From positions 1-37,063 of the forward strand of contig CAYXJH010000001.1 of the NCBI GenBank assembly GCA_964465415.1: a stretch of 37,063 nt of DNA. Reading direction: 5' to 3'. The notes beneath the pieces are model-generated. The model searched no databases and had not been told where the DNA came from. It saw only the letters and a program-made list of their open reading frames with translations. The DNA comes from an uncultured Gemmatimonadaceae bacterium (lineage in GTDB: Bacteria; Gemmatimonadota; Gemmatimonadetes; Longimicrobiales; RSA9). The translations under genes and the position numbers were made by a program. Below, piece by piece: positions 25,733 to 34,955 of this stretch; position 1 is the stretch's first letter; every line of letters begins with the position of its first letter.

Positions 25733-27247
25733 TCAGACCAGCAATACGCCTGCGAGCAGGTACAGCGCGAGCGCTCCGGCCGCGCCGACCATGGCGAGCG
25801 GCAGCTGGGTCAACGCATGGTCCATGAGATCGCCCCCGGTCGTCAGGGCGCTCAGAATGGTGGTGTCGCTGATCGGCGAGCACTGGTCCCCGAACACCGC
25901 GCCACCCACGACCGCCCCGAAGCACAATGACAGATACGTCGGGTCCGGCTGCAGAGCCCACGCCAGTGGCAGGCCGATGGGGAACACCACGGCGAAGGTG
26001 CTGAACGAGCTGCCGATCGAAAATGCGACGGCCATGCAGATCAGGAACAGGGCGGCGGGCAGGAACGCGGCCGGCAGTGCTCCCGCCGTAGCGTCCACGA
26101 GCCAGGCGGCGGCGCCCAGGGACCGCGAGACATAACCGAGCGTGACAGCCAGCCCCAGGACCAGCGCCCCGATGGTGACGCCCTTGATCCCGTTCACGAT
26201 CCCGTCCACCGCGTCCCGGAGCGCCATACCGCGGGCGAGGGCCAGGAGGAACCCCGTCGCGACGGCCAGGGTGAAGGCCTCCGCGATAGGCACGCGGATC
26301 GCGCCCAGATCCCCGGCCGCCAGACCGGGCACGACCCCGGCGGCCGCCACGCCGATCAGTACGGCGAGCGGGACCAGGAAATCGACCATGGACGGCTTGT
26401 AGCCCGCCGGGATGGTCGGGTGGTCCAGCTCCCGGGACGACAGCGTCACCGCATCCGGCCGATCCAGGAGTCCCTGCTCCCGCGCGCGCAGCCGCGCGGC
26501 CCGCATCCGCCGCCCCTCCCACGGCAGCAGCTCCAGCGCGAACAGAAGCGCGCCGCCCACGGCGAGGATCGCGTAGAAATTGGCGGGTATGGACCGGAAG
26601 AAGAAGGAGACGGCCTCAGCCTCCGTGGCCAGGATGGGGACCGTGCCCACCACGAGCCCGGCAATGTAGAGCGGCCACACGTTCAGTGGAATCAGGGTGG
26701 CCAGCGGCGCGCCGGTCACATCGACCAGGAAGGAGCTCTCCTCGTGGGATACGCGCTCCCGATCCAGGAGGGGCCGGGCCGTGGTCCCGGTCAGGACGGT
26801 TGACACGGTACCGCCCTGGTGGAACACCACGCCGAGCACCCAGGCGAACAGCTTGGCGGAACGGGGACCCCGGACGAGGCGATCTCCAGCCCACGCCGCG
26901 AACCGGGCGGCGCCGCCGGTCGTCCCCCAGATCCCGATCAGGCCGCCGAGCGACCAGAAGTAGACCAGGATGATCACGGCGAACGTCTCGGTGGCCAGGG
27001 CGGGCAGGAAGTACGCCTCCACAACGTTGGGTGCGCGGATCACGAGCCCTCCGATCAGCACGCCGAAGACGAGCGAGCTGACCACCTCGCGGGTCACGAA
27101 GACGAGGGCGAGAACGGCGACGGCCGGGAGGAGAGAGACCCAACCGTGGTGGAGGGCGTCCGGTGGCCGGACCCCACCTCCGAGGAAGCCGGCCACCACG
27201 ACCACCAGCACGACGACGCCGGCGAGCACCACTCGCGCCCGGCTCAC
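25733..27247 (-). CDS. NhaC-family (Na+/H+ antiporter-like, possibly amino acid) transporter
   Basis: WVSLLP, SHEE.SFLVD.T.AP, FF.SIP.NFYA, GAVFGDQCSPISDTTILS and DH..TQLP; multi-TM. Confidence 0.88.
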   Translation of the reverse strand: MSRARVVLAGVVVLVVVVAGFLGGGVRPPDALHHGWVSLLPAVAVLALVFVTREVVSSLVFGVLIGGLVIRAPNVVEAYFLPALATETFAVIILVYFWSLGGLIGIWGTTGGAARFAAWAGDRLVRGPRSAKLFAWVLGVVFHQGGTVSTVLTGTTARPLLDRERVSHEESSFLVDVTGAPLATLIPLNVWPLYIAGLVVGTVPILATEAEAVSFFFRSIPANFYAILAVGGALLFALELLPWEGRRMRAARLRAREQGLLDRPDAVTLSSRELDHPTIPAGYKPSMVDFLVPLAVLIGVAAAGVVPGLAAGDLGAIRVPIAEAFTLAVATGFLLALARGMALRDAVDGIVNGIKGVTIGALVLGLAVTLGYVSRSLGAAAWLVDATAGALPAAFLPAALFLICMAVAFSIGSSFSTFAVVFPIGLPLAWALQPDPTYLSLCFGAVVGGAVFGDQCSPISDTTILSALTTGGDLMDHALTQLPLAMVGAAGALALYLLAGVLLV

Positions 27248-27391
27248 CGCAACGCCCCGATACGGGCGGCGCCCGGCGGGACCCGCTTCTCCGCGTGGCG
27301 CCCAGCTGTGATCGATCGGTACCGGATCATGGGTGGGGGAGAGTAATGCCCGGCGGCCGACACGAAAAGAGTGACGTCCCGCCCCCCGCCG

Positions 27392-30300
27392 TCAGAACCG
27401 CCACTCACGGCGTATGAAGCCGCCGAACACGCTGGTGCGTGTGGGGTCGAAACCCCGGAGCGTCGGCTCCGGCGCCATGTAGCGCGGCTCCACGCTCGTG
27501 GTGAAGCGGAAACCCGCGGGCGTCCAGTACTCCAGGGTCGCGCCCGGTCGCGTCTCCGTGGTGGGGCGGGCCCGGACGAGCGCGAAGAAGCGAGGGCCGA
27601 TGTATCGCCCCGCTTCGATCTGCGTGCCTCGCAACAGGTCGCCAAAGCGCCCGGAGAACAGTTCGGAAGGGAGGTCCGCAGGCGCGATATGGAGCACATC
27701 GAGCCCGAACTCCCGCGCCATTTCGCTCTCGAACTCGTCCAGCATGGTGCCGGCGGCGATGGCCGTCATCTGTTGGGTCATGAGGCCGGCCACGTTGCCG
27801 ACCAGGTCGCCCGTGGCCGAGCCCTGACCGCCCAGCGTGGACCCCTGCTGCTGCAGGAGGGACCCGGATGAGCGCCCCAGGGCCACGTAGGTGAACAGGT
27901 CCGTGGTGGATATAGGCGGACGCGCGTCGCTCTCGAGGGCCAGCGTCGGATCGAGCGCGGTGCCCCCGATGATGACCCGGATGGCGATCGTTTCCCGACC
28001 AGGAAGCTGGACCTCGTGCTCCGCAACGATCTGGAGGAGCGGGTCGATCTCCGACCCGCCCACGAACGTCGCCGCCCCACGCGTGACCCGGAAGCGACGC
28101 GACATGAACGAGTAGTCGCCGCGGTCCGAGTTCACCGTCCCTTCCAGCGTGAGACGACCCGCCCGCTGGTCCAATCGGACCACCAGCGGTCCCGCGTCTT
28201 CGGGCGTATAGATCTCGACATTCATGTCAGACGATCGGACCCAGGTGTCGGGAGCGATCACCAGGTCGACCTCGACTTCCAGGTTGGCCAGCAGCGGCGA
28301 AGGCGGATCCACCAGCTCCTCGAAGCGTTCACGGAGCCGCGCCTCCAGCGCTTCGACCAGCCCCGGGTCATCAAGAGCGACCACGTTCTTGTCGTGGGCT
28401 TCGGGCAAGTAGATCACCGCGCTGTGGGTCCGCGCGTCACCGCTCACCACGACACGATCGAACGGTCCGGAAACCTGAAGGTCCGCGTCCATTCGCAACT
28501 CCAGGTCCTCGGTACGCATCGCCCACGCGTTCTGCGCCTGGACCTCCAGGTCGAATCCGGGCTCGGTCAGCGTGCTCACGTCGATCTGCCCGGTCACCCG
28601 GATCGGCCCGCCGGCACGGGCTACCAGCGAATCGACCACCACCGTCGTCCCGTCCAGGCGGATCGCACCGGCCACGTCCTGGTAGTGGACGCCGGTGCCA
28701 TTGAGTCGGAACGACGCCAGATCAAGGGTCAGGGCCCCCTCCAGCACCGGGGCGTCCCACGTCCCGCGAACGGCCACATCACCGGCTATGACGCCTCTCG
28801 CGTCCCGTACTTCCTCGGTCAAGGCCGGAAGGGCATCGACCGGAAGGCTGTCGGCCCGGATGTCGATCACGAGCGGGCCGTCCAGCAGGCGGCGGCCCTC
28901 CCGGTCCGCCAGTGCCAGGTCGATGGGGAACACTGATTCCGCAACGGCGAACACCACGCCGTCACGGAAGAGCTCCGCATCGGTGGCCAGCTCGGCGTTC
29001 GCGTACGCGAACGTCGCCTGGATATCGGGCAACTCCTGGCCGTTGCGCTGGCCATCCGCCAGCGACACCTCGCCTTCGAACCGCGGCGAAGCGAGCGACC
29101 CCTCCATGCGAGCGTGCACGCTCACCCGCCCCTGGACCTGCGCGTCGTCCTGCAGCAGGATCGCCAGGTTGGCGAGCTGGACTTCCTCCAGGATCAGCTC
29201 CAGGTCGGCCTGACCATCCACCGGAACGCGGCCATCGACGAGGATGCGGCCGCCGGCATCGCTGGTGAGCTCGATGGACTCGACTTCGATGCCCGCCCCG
29301 TTCCAGCTCACCACAGCGGGGCGAGTCGCGCTCCAGGTCAACGTGTCGAACCGGAGATCCATGTCGTGGAAGACGAGCTCGTTCCGATCCAGGCCCAGGG
29401 TGAACTCCAGGTCCGCGCGGTAGTCCGTGTCGCCATCCTGATAGGCGACGAGGGTGGCCCGGCCGGAGCCGTGGCGGTCGCCGGCATGCCGGACTTCCGC
29501 CCGTGCGCTGTCCAGCGCGAAGCCCTCGATGACCAGCCGTTCGGCTTCCCCGTCGAACTCGATGGTCGGCTCGTCACGCCCCCGTTGCAGCCAGCTGAAC
29601 TCCGCCCTGCCCGCGCCCACGTTCTGACCACTGAGCACCAGCTCCTCCGCCCGTGCGCTGCCCTCCAGATCGAAGCTTGCGACGTTGCCCCTCAACACCC
29701 CCTCCGCCTCGAGCCGCCCGGCCAGGGAGTCTCGGGGAACCCCTTCCAGCGCCAGCGTGTCTACCTCCACTGGCTCTGGCGGGCGTTCCCGGCCGGTCGC
29801 GAGCTGCGCGACGAGGCGCCGCCGCTCCTCCTGCTCCACCGCCGCCCGCGCCTCCGTCAGCGCCCTCTGCCGAACCCGGGGCCGGGGCTCCGCCACACCG
29901 GTGTCGGCAACCTCGACATACGGGGCCAGGGCGTGGAGGGAATCGATCTCGATCCGGTACCGGAGCTCCCCATCCCGGCCCGCAACGAGGCCGAACCGGC
30001 CGTCCGCCCACGCCTCCGCTGGACCGAGGCGGACCATTGAGGAGTCGACCCGGGCGAGCCCGTCGGCGATCCCCGCCCGGATCCGCACCTCGTCGGCCGC
30101 CACGCCATTCATCACCGGGCTCACCAGGTCGGCCCGAATCTCCGCCCGCATCGTGGCAGGATCCACCCCGCGCCCGGTCGCGTCCAGCGTTCCCGTCAGC
30201 GAGGTGGCCGCCGGCGCCCGCGCCGTAACGGCCGACACGTCGAACGCCTGGAAGCGGGTATCCAGGGCGTACCCCGGCCGGTCGGACGCCAGGTCGAGCG

Positions 30301-32434
30301 CGCCGACCGCCAGGACGTCGCCACCCCCGGGGATCGTCAAGTCCGCGCGCACGGAAAGGTCGGACAGGTCGCCGGCCGCCTGCACGGTGCCCCGCGCCTC
30401 ACCTCGCAGCCCCGCCTCAGGGACGAATCGTCCCGCCGTGACCAGCGACAACGGAAGCAGGCGGACGTCCACCCGGGCCTGGTCTCCTGGAAGAATTTCC
30501 GCGCTGCCCGCTACCCGGGACCGCTCTCCCGCCTCCACGTGCTCCAGGTCGCCACGGACGGAGAGGCTTCTCGCCGGGAACCCATCGAGCCGGGCCGTGC
30601 CGGTCAGCGTTCCGCCCACCGGCAGATCCAGGTCCGCCCCGCGCAGCAGGGGGAGGTGGAGCGGATCGAAATGGAGGTTTAGCCCGACGAACCCGAGCTC
30701 TCCCCGGAGGTCCAGGCCTCCACTCGTCACGACGCGACTCTCGCCCGTGGTCGGGTCCGTGACGACCAGGTCGCCGTTCACTCCGAGGATCCCGGCGGAC
30801 GAGCCGTCCAGCGCGACGGTACCCGAGACCGTGGCGCCGGCCGGGAGCTCGGGCAGCTCCGGCTGGAGCAGCCCCGCCTGCAGCGGTCGGAGGTGAAGCC
30901 GGAAATCGGAGAACCGGACGGCGTCGGGCAGCGGATCGACCAGCCCGGCCGCGAGCACCCGGCTGAGCCCTGTGACTGGGTCGTCCAGGGCCAGGTCCGC
31001 GTTGAGCCGCAGCGGACCGCCCAGCGTACCGTCCAGGGCGGCGTGGCCGGTGATCGCGGCGCCCGGCGGCAGACGCGGGACCTGGTCGCGAAGCAGGTCG
31101 GTCTGGAGGGGACGCAGGTCCAGCCGAAGGTTGGAGAACTGCACCTCTTCGTCCATGCCCACCACGCCGTCGGCGATCACACGGCTCCGCCCGGCATCCT
31201 CTGCGGTGAATACGACGTCGCCGTCCACGCGCATCGACTCCGGCACTCCGTCCAGGGAGACGCGACCGTCCAGGGTGCCGTGGCGGGGCAGCTCGAAACC
31301 CGGGATCATGCGAGCGACGAGGCGGGACTCGAGGCGCGCGAAACGCAAGTCCGTCGGCAGGATACGGAACGTGTCACCCAGGACCATTCGGAGGTCGCCG
31401 GTCAGCTCCGATTCCCGCACCCGCACATCCATGTCCTCGGCCTCGAGGCGTGTCCCCACCTGTCGGCTATGTACGGTCAGCCGCAGGTCTCCGCCGCCCT
31501 CCTCCGGGAAGGCGGGGTAGAGCCAGCGCAGATCGTCGAACGCGGCCGGCGCGCCGACGAGCCGCAGGACCAGGTCGGCGGTCTCCAGGTGATAGACGCC
31601 CTGCCCCGCCACGCGGGACCCGGGGAGTCGGGCGCGGACGTCCTGGAACCACACCGAGTCCTCGGATATGTAGAACCGGCCCTCCAGGGCCCGCACCTCG
31701 GCGACCGGTGGGCGGTACGGCTGGGCGATCGCCCGGAGGATGGCGACGTTCAACTCCGTCCGGTCCACGTCCGGGTCTGCCAGCAGCACGTCCGACAACC
31801 GCGCGTCCACGTTGCGGAACTCCATGATGTTCTGGAACCCGCCGGGCACACGCTGGATGTTGGCCCGCTCCCGGTCGGGATCGAGCGCTTCCGCGACCTT
31901 CCGTTCCCGCTCCGCCGGCGACAGCGACGGGTCCGGCTTCCACTCGCTGCGCACCGTAACCCGGGCGTTCACGATCACAACGTTCTCGAACCGAACCCAG
32001 TCCCCCCACCCAGCGGGCGTGGGCTGCGGGTCCGGCTCAGGCAGGATCCGGGCGTAGTTCCACCGCTCACCCGGCGGCTGATCCAGCAGGACCCGGGCGT
32101 TGACCAGCTCCGTGTCCGTCAGGACGATGCGGCGGCGGAGAAGGGACCGGAGGGAGTAACCGGTAGCCACGGTGTCCGCCGCGAGGAACGGCCGGCCTTC
32201 ACGATCGGTGATGGACACGTCCAGCAGGCGCAGCCGGGTCAGGAGATTCCCCTCCAGGCCCACGATCGCCACCTCCCCATCGAGGGCACCCCGCAGCTGC
32301 TCCTCCGCGAATGCCCGCACCTGCTCCCGTCCCCAGTCGGTCCGGGTAAGGACGACGAGCGCAAGTCCCACCAGGAGCAGGATCGAGCCGGCCGCCACGG
32401 CCGACCAGACCGCGATCCGCTGGCCTCGCGTCAT
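27392..32434 (-). CDS. tamB: Translocation/assembly module TamB-like protein (1680 aa)
   Basis: N-terminal TM anchor, long beta-rich body and DUF490-like C-terminus (RGDY.F..RRF, IDP.L.I.A, GT...P.L.L.S, QIEAGRYI). ATG 32434 overlaps the tamA stop (TGATG). Confidence 0.85.
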   Translation of the reverse strand: MTRGQRIAVWSAVAAGSILLLVGLALVVLTRTDWGREQVRAFAEEQLRGALDGEVAIVGLEGNLLTRLRLLDVSITDREGRPFLAADTVATGYSLRSLLRRRIVLTDTELVNARVLLDQPPGERWNYARILPEPDPQPTPAGWGDWVRFENVVIVNARVTVRSEWKPDPSLSPAERERKVAEALDPDRERANIQRVPGGFQNIMEFRNVDARLSDVLLADPDVDRTELNVAILRAIAQPYRPPVAEVRALEGRFYISEDSVWFQDVRARLPGSRVAGQGVYHLETADLVLRLVGAPAAFDDLRWLYPAFPEEGGGDLRLTVHSRQVGTRLEAEDMDVRVRESELTGDLRMVLGDTFRILPTDLRFARLESRLVARMIPGFELPRHGTLDGRVSLDGVPESMRVDGDVVFTAEDAGRSRVIADGVVGMDEEVQFSNLRLDLRPLQTDLLRDQVPRLPPGAAITGHAALDGTLGGPLRLNADLALDDPVTGLSRVLAAGLVDPLPDAVRFSDFRLHLRPLQAGLLQPELPELPAGATVSGTVALDGSSAGILGVNGDLVVTDPTTGESRVVTSGGLDLRGELGFVGLNLHFDPLHLPLLRGADLDLPVGGTLTGTARLDGFPARSLSVRGDLEHVEAGERSRVAGSAEILPGDQARVDVRLLPLSLVTAGRFVPEAGLRGEARGTVQAAGDLSDLSVRADLTIPGGGDVLAVGALDLASDRPGYALDTRFQAFDVSAVTARAPAATSLTGTLDATGRGVDPATMRAEIRADLVSPVMNGVAADEVRIRAGIADGLARVDSSMVRLGPAEAWADGRFGLVAGRDGELRYRIEIDSLHALAPYVEVADTGVAEPRPRVRQRALTEARAAVEQEERRRLVAQLATGRERPPEPVEVDTLALEGVPRDSLAGRLEAEGVLRGNVASFDLEGSARAEELVLSGQNVGAGRAEFSWLQRGRDEPTIEFDGEAERLVIEGFALDSARAEVRHAGDRHGSGRATLVAYQDGDTDYRADLEFTLGLDRNELVFHDMDLRFDTLTWSATRPAVVSWNGAGIEVESIELTSDAGGRILVDGRVPVDGQADLELILEEVQLANLAILLQDDAQVQGRVSVHARMEGSLASPRFEGEVSLADGQRNGQELPDIQATFAYANAELATDAELFRDGVVFAVAESVFPIDLALADREGRRLLDGPLVIDIRADSLPVDALPALTEEVRDARGVIAGDVAVRGTWDAPVLEGALTLDLASFRLNGTGVHYQDVAGAIRLDGTTVVVDSLVARAGGPIRVTGQIDVSTLTEPGFDLEVQAQNAWAMRTEDLELRMDADLQVSGPFDRVVVSGDARTHSAVIYLPEAHDKNVVALDDPGLVEALEARLRERFEELVDPPSPLLANLEVEVDLVIAPDTWVRSSDMNVEIYTPEDAGPLVVRLDQRAGRLTLEGTVNSDRGDYSFMSRRFRVTRGAATFVGGSEIDPLLQIVAEHEVQLPGRETIAIRVIIGGTALDPTLALESDARPPISTTDLFTYVALGRSSGSLLQQQGSTLGGQGSATGDLVGNVAGLMTQQMTAIAAGTMLDEFESEMAREFGLDVLHIAPADLPSELFSGRFGDLLRGTQIEAGRYIGPRFFALVRARPTTETRPGATLEYWTPAGFRFTTSVEPRYMAPEPTLRGFDPTRTSVFGGFIRREWRF

Positions 32435-34656
32435 CAGAATGCCTGGCCGATGGAGATGTGAAGCCGGAGCCGGCCGAGGAGTTGACCGAAGAATCCATCG
32501 ACATCCTCGAGTGGGTCGTACCGACGGGGGGTGTCCAACCGGACCAGCTGGAGGACGCCATCTTCGTCGAGCCGCTCGGTGACCACTTCCAGCTCCTCGA
32601 CCTGACTCGGATTGAACCCGAGGTCCACTCGAACAGGGCCCACCGGGGTCGTATAGCGGGCGCCGAGCCCCGGCGTAACGGCCCATGAACCCGTGCCGAC
32701 CCGTGCCGCCTCGCGCCCACCGACGTGCGCGCCATCGACGAAGACAGCCCCCTGCAGCGCGCGCCAGACATGGAACCGGTACTCCACGTTCGCCTGGATG
32801 ACCGACGTGCCGCCCAGTGCACGGGGCTCGAACGCGTCCACGGGCGCGAAGTTCGGATCGCAACTTCCATCGGCGATCTCGTCCGCGGTGCAGGCGCCCT
32901 CCACATCCTCCGCCATCAGGGCGTCCGGGCTCACGGTCAGGATCCGGGGGCCGAGCTGGTTCTCGCCATAGCCACGAACCGAGGTCGCGCCGCCGGCATA
33001 GAAGCGCTTGCGCGGGTGCAGGATCTCGCCTTCGATGTCCTCGAGACCGACCGCTTCCGCGCTACCGCCCAGAGGCCGGACCCAGCCGCCGCGAACTCGG
33101 AGGGCCAGCACGTTGCGACCGCGGTTGAACGGGAAATACTGGGCCCAGGCTCCTGAGGCGCGGTGGAAGTGGAACTGGGACCACGTCAGGTCGGAGGCGT
33201 GCTCCAGGTCCAGGCGGGCGCGCCACCCGCGCACGGGGTCGAGCGGATCGTCCGAGTGGTCCATGCTCAGACTCGCCGAGGCCGGGGACAGGCGACGCGG
33301 GCGGCGCACGGCGTCCACCGTGGGCAGGTCGCAAAGCCCATAGTTTACACAGAAATAGAGCTCTCCCGCCTCGATACGCGTGACCTCCGCGCGGTAAGCC
33401 AGGCTGGTCGGGCTGCGATCGCGCAGCAACCGCGTGAGCGTGACGTCCGCCCCGTAGCTCTGGTCCACCGCAACCCCGGGCACGAGACGACGGGTCGCGA
33501 ATACGCCGGTGCCGATCGTGTTCTCTGCCGCGCGGAATCCGGGCTGTTGAAGCTCCACGCTGACCTGCCAGGTGGGGCGGAAGAAGGGGCTTTCGTCCTC
33601 GAAGTCGCTGAACTCGGGGATCACATCGCTGAAGATGCCGCGATCGTTGAGCTGCCGAGCCAGCAGGTTGCCCACCGTGGCCCGCGCATCCAGCCGCCGC
33701 CCCCCGCCCCCCCAATTGTGGTGGGCGAAGCGGCCTTCCAGCTGCACGAACTCCACCGTGTTGAACCCGCCACCCGCCCGCCCAAGGCGAGGGGGAGCCT
33801 CCCGAACCGCGATCGCAACCCGCTTGGCGCTGTCCGGCTGGGGGGGCACGGTCACATCGACCTCGTGGAAGAGGTTCGACTCGTACAAGCTACGTCGGGC
33901 CGATGTCAGATCGCTTCGCCGGATCACGCGACCCGGGCGGAGCACCGTGCCCGTCACGATCACGCCATCCGAGACGCGCCGGTTGCCCTGGATGTCGAAC
34001 GACGCGAGCACCGACCGGGGGCCGGGCTCCACCAGAACCGCGAGGGACGCGGCCCCGTTCCCATCATGGAAGCGGATCGAGTCGGAGATCGAGGCATCCA
34101 GGTATCCGGCGTTCTCGATCTCCTCCTGGAGCTGCACCAGGGCCGAGTCCAATCGGATCAGGTCCAAAGGACCCCCTTCCGCGGGCAACCCGGCCCACCG
34201 GATCTGGCGCCCCGACAGGACCTCCCGGCTCTGGTGGACTTCACGGGAGGCGACCACCGTCGGAGCGCCTTCCTCGACCTCGAACACCACCTCGACGCCA
34301 TCGTCCCGGGGGCGGACCTCGCCTCGGACCACGGCGTGCCGGTACCCCCGCTGGAAGTAGCGAACCTCGAGACGCAGCTCGTCACGAGCCACCTCATCAC
34401 GGTCGAGATATGCACGCTGGACGAACAACTCCCAGTCCGTGACCCAGCAGAAGGGGCGGAGGAGGATACTACGGCAACGGGTCTCCCCGGTCGCGATACT
34501 CCGACGGAGCTCGCGCTCGTCCACGGCATCCACGCCGCGGAACGTGAGACGCTCCACGCGCGGGCGCTCGGCTTCCTGCTGCTGGGACAGCGCAGTGGCG
34601 GGCAGCAGCGTGAGGCACAGCACCGCCGCCTGCAAGTGTCTGAGCGGGTGTAACAT
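32434..34656 (-). CDS. tamA: Omp85 family TamA/BamA-like outer membrane protein (740 aa)
   Basis: Signal peptide, POTRA-like repeats, RFYAGGATSVRGY, G.RY.TPVGPVRVD.G and beta-signal HISIGQAF; directly upstream of tamB. Confidence 0.88.
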   Translation of the reverse strand: MLHPLRHLQAAVLCLTLLPATALSQQQEAERPRVERLTFRGVDAVDERELRRSIATGETRCRSILLRPFCWVTDWELFVQRAYLDRDEVARDELRLEVRYFQRGYRHAVVRGEVRPRDDGVEVVFEVEEGAPTVVASREVHQSREVLSGRQIRWAGLPAEGGPLDLIRLDSALVQLQEEIENAGYLDASISDSIRFHDGNGAASLAVLVEPGPRSVLASFDIQGNRRVSDGVIVTGTVLRPGRVIRRSDLTSARRSLYESNLFHEVDVTVPPQPDSAKRVAIAVREAPPRLGRAGGGFNTVEFVQLEGRFAHHNWGGGGRRLDARATVGNLLARQLNDRGIFSDVIPEFSDFEDESPFFRPTWQVSVELQQPGFRAAENTIGTGVFATRRLVPGVAVDQSYGADVTLTRLLRDRSPTSLAYRAEVTRIEAGELYFCVNYGLCDLPTVDAVRRPRRLSPASASLSMDHSDDPLDPVRGWRARLDLEHASDLTWSQFHFHRASGAWAQYFPFNRGRNVLALRVRGGWVRPLGGSAEAVGLEDIEGEILHPRKRFYAGGATSVRGYGENQLGPRILTVSPDALMAEDVEGACTADEIADGSCDPNFAPVDAFEPRALGGTSVIQANVEYRFHVWRALQGAVFVDGAHVGGREAARVGTGSWAVTPGLGARYTTPVGPVRVDLGFNPSQVEELEVVTERLDEDGVLQLVRLDTPRRYDPLEDVDGFFGQLLGRLRLHISIGQAF

Positions 34657-34729
34657 GCAGGCGTGGCAGAGCAAGAACTCTGCCTCCAACGATTCCGACC
34701 AGCGCTGACGCCCCGTCGCTCGTGTGACG

Positions 34730-34936
34730 TCAGCCCGGACCGCTCTCGGGAGGCATCAGAAGCCAGAGGATCACGTAGATGATGATCCCGGGGAACGCGG
34801 CGGACACGATCGAGGCCAGCACGTACACGATCCGCACGCGCGTTGGAGACCACCCGAAGAACTCCGCGATCCCTCCGCACACGCCGCCAATGAGGCGGTC
34901 GCCGGTCGACCGCGCGAGGCGCTGTGTTCCAGCCAT
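34730..34936 (-). CDS. pspC: PspC domain protein (68 aa)
   Basis: RLARSTGDRLIGGVCGGIAEFFG...RVR...YVILWLLMP; GGGAGG RBS. Confidence 0.9.
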   Translation of the reverse strand: MAGTQRLARSTGDRLIGGVCGGIAEFFGWSPTRVRIVYVLASIVSAAFPGIIIYVILWLLMPPESGPG

Positions 34937-34955
34937 GTCTGCCCTCCCTTCCAGT

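Noticed and set aside
27248-27391. Lysine or other riboswitch upstream of the NhaC-family gene
   Set aside because: The region is only 144 nt and I could not recognise aptamer motifs; an Rfam scan would settle it.
32435-32863. 1823-aa version of TamB
   Set aside because: The extension overlaps tamA out of frame; the TM anchor begins after ATG 32434.
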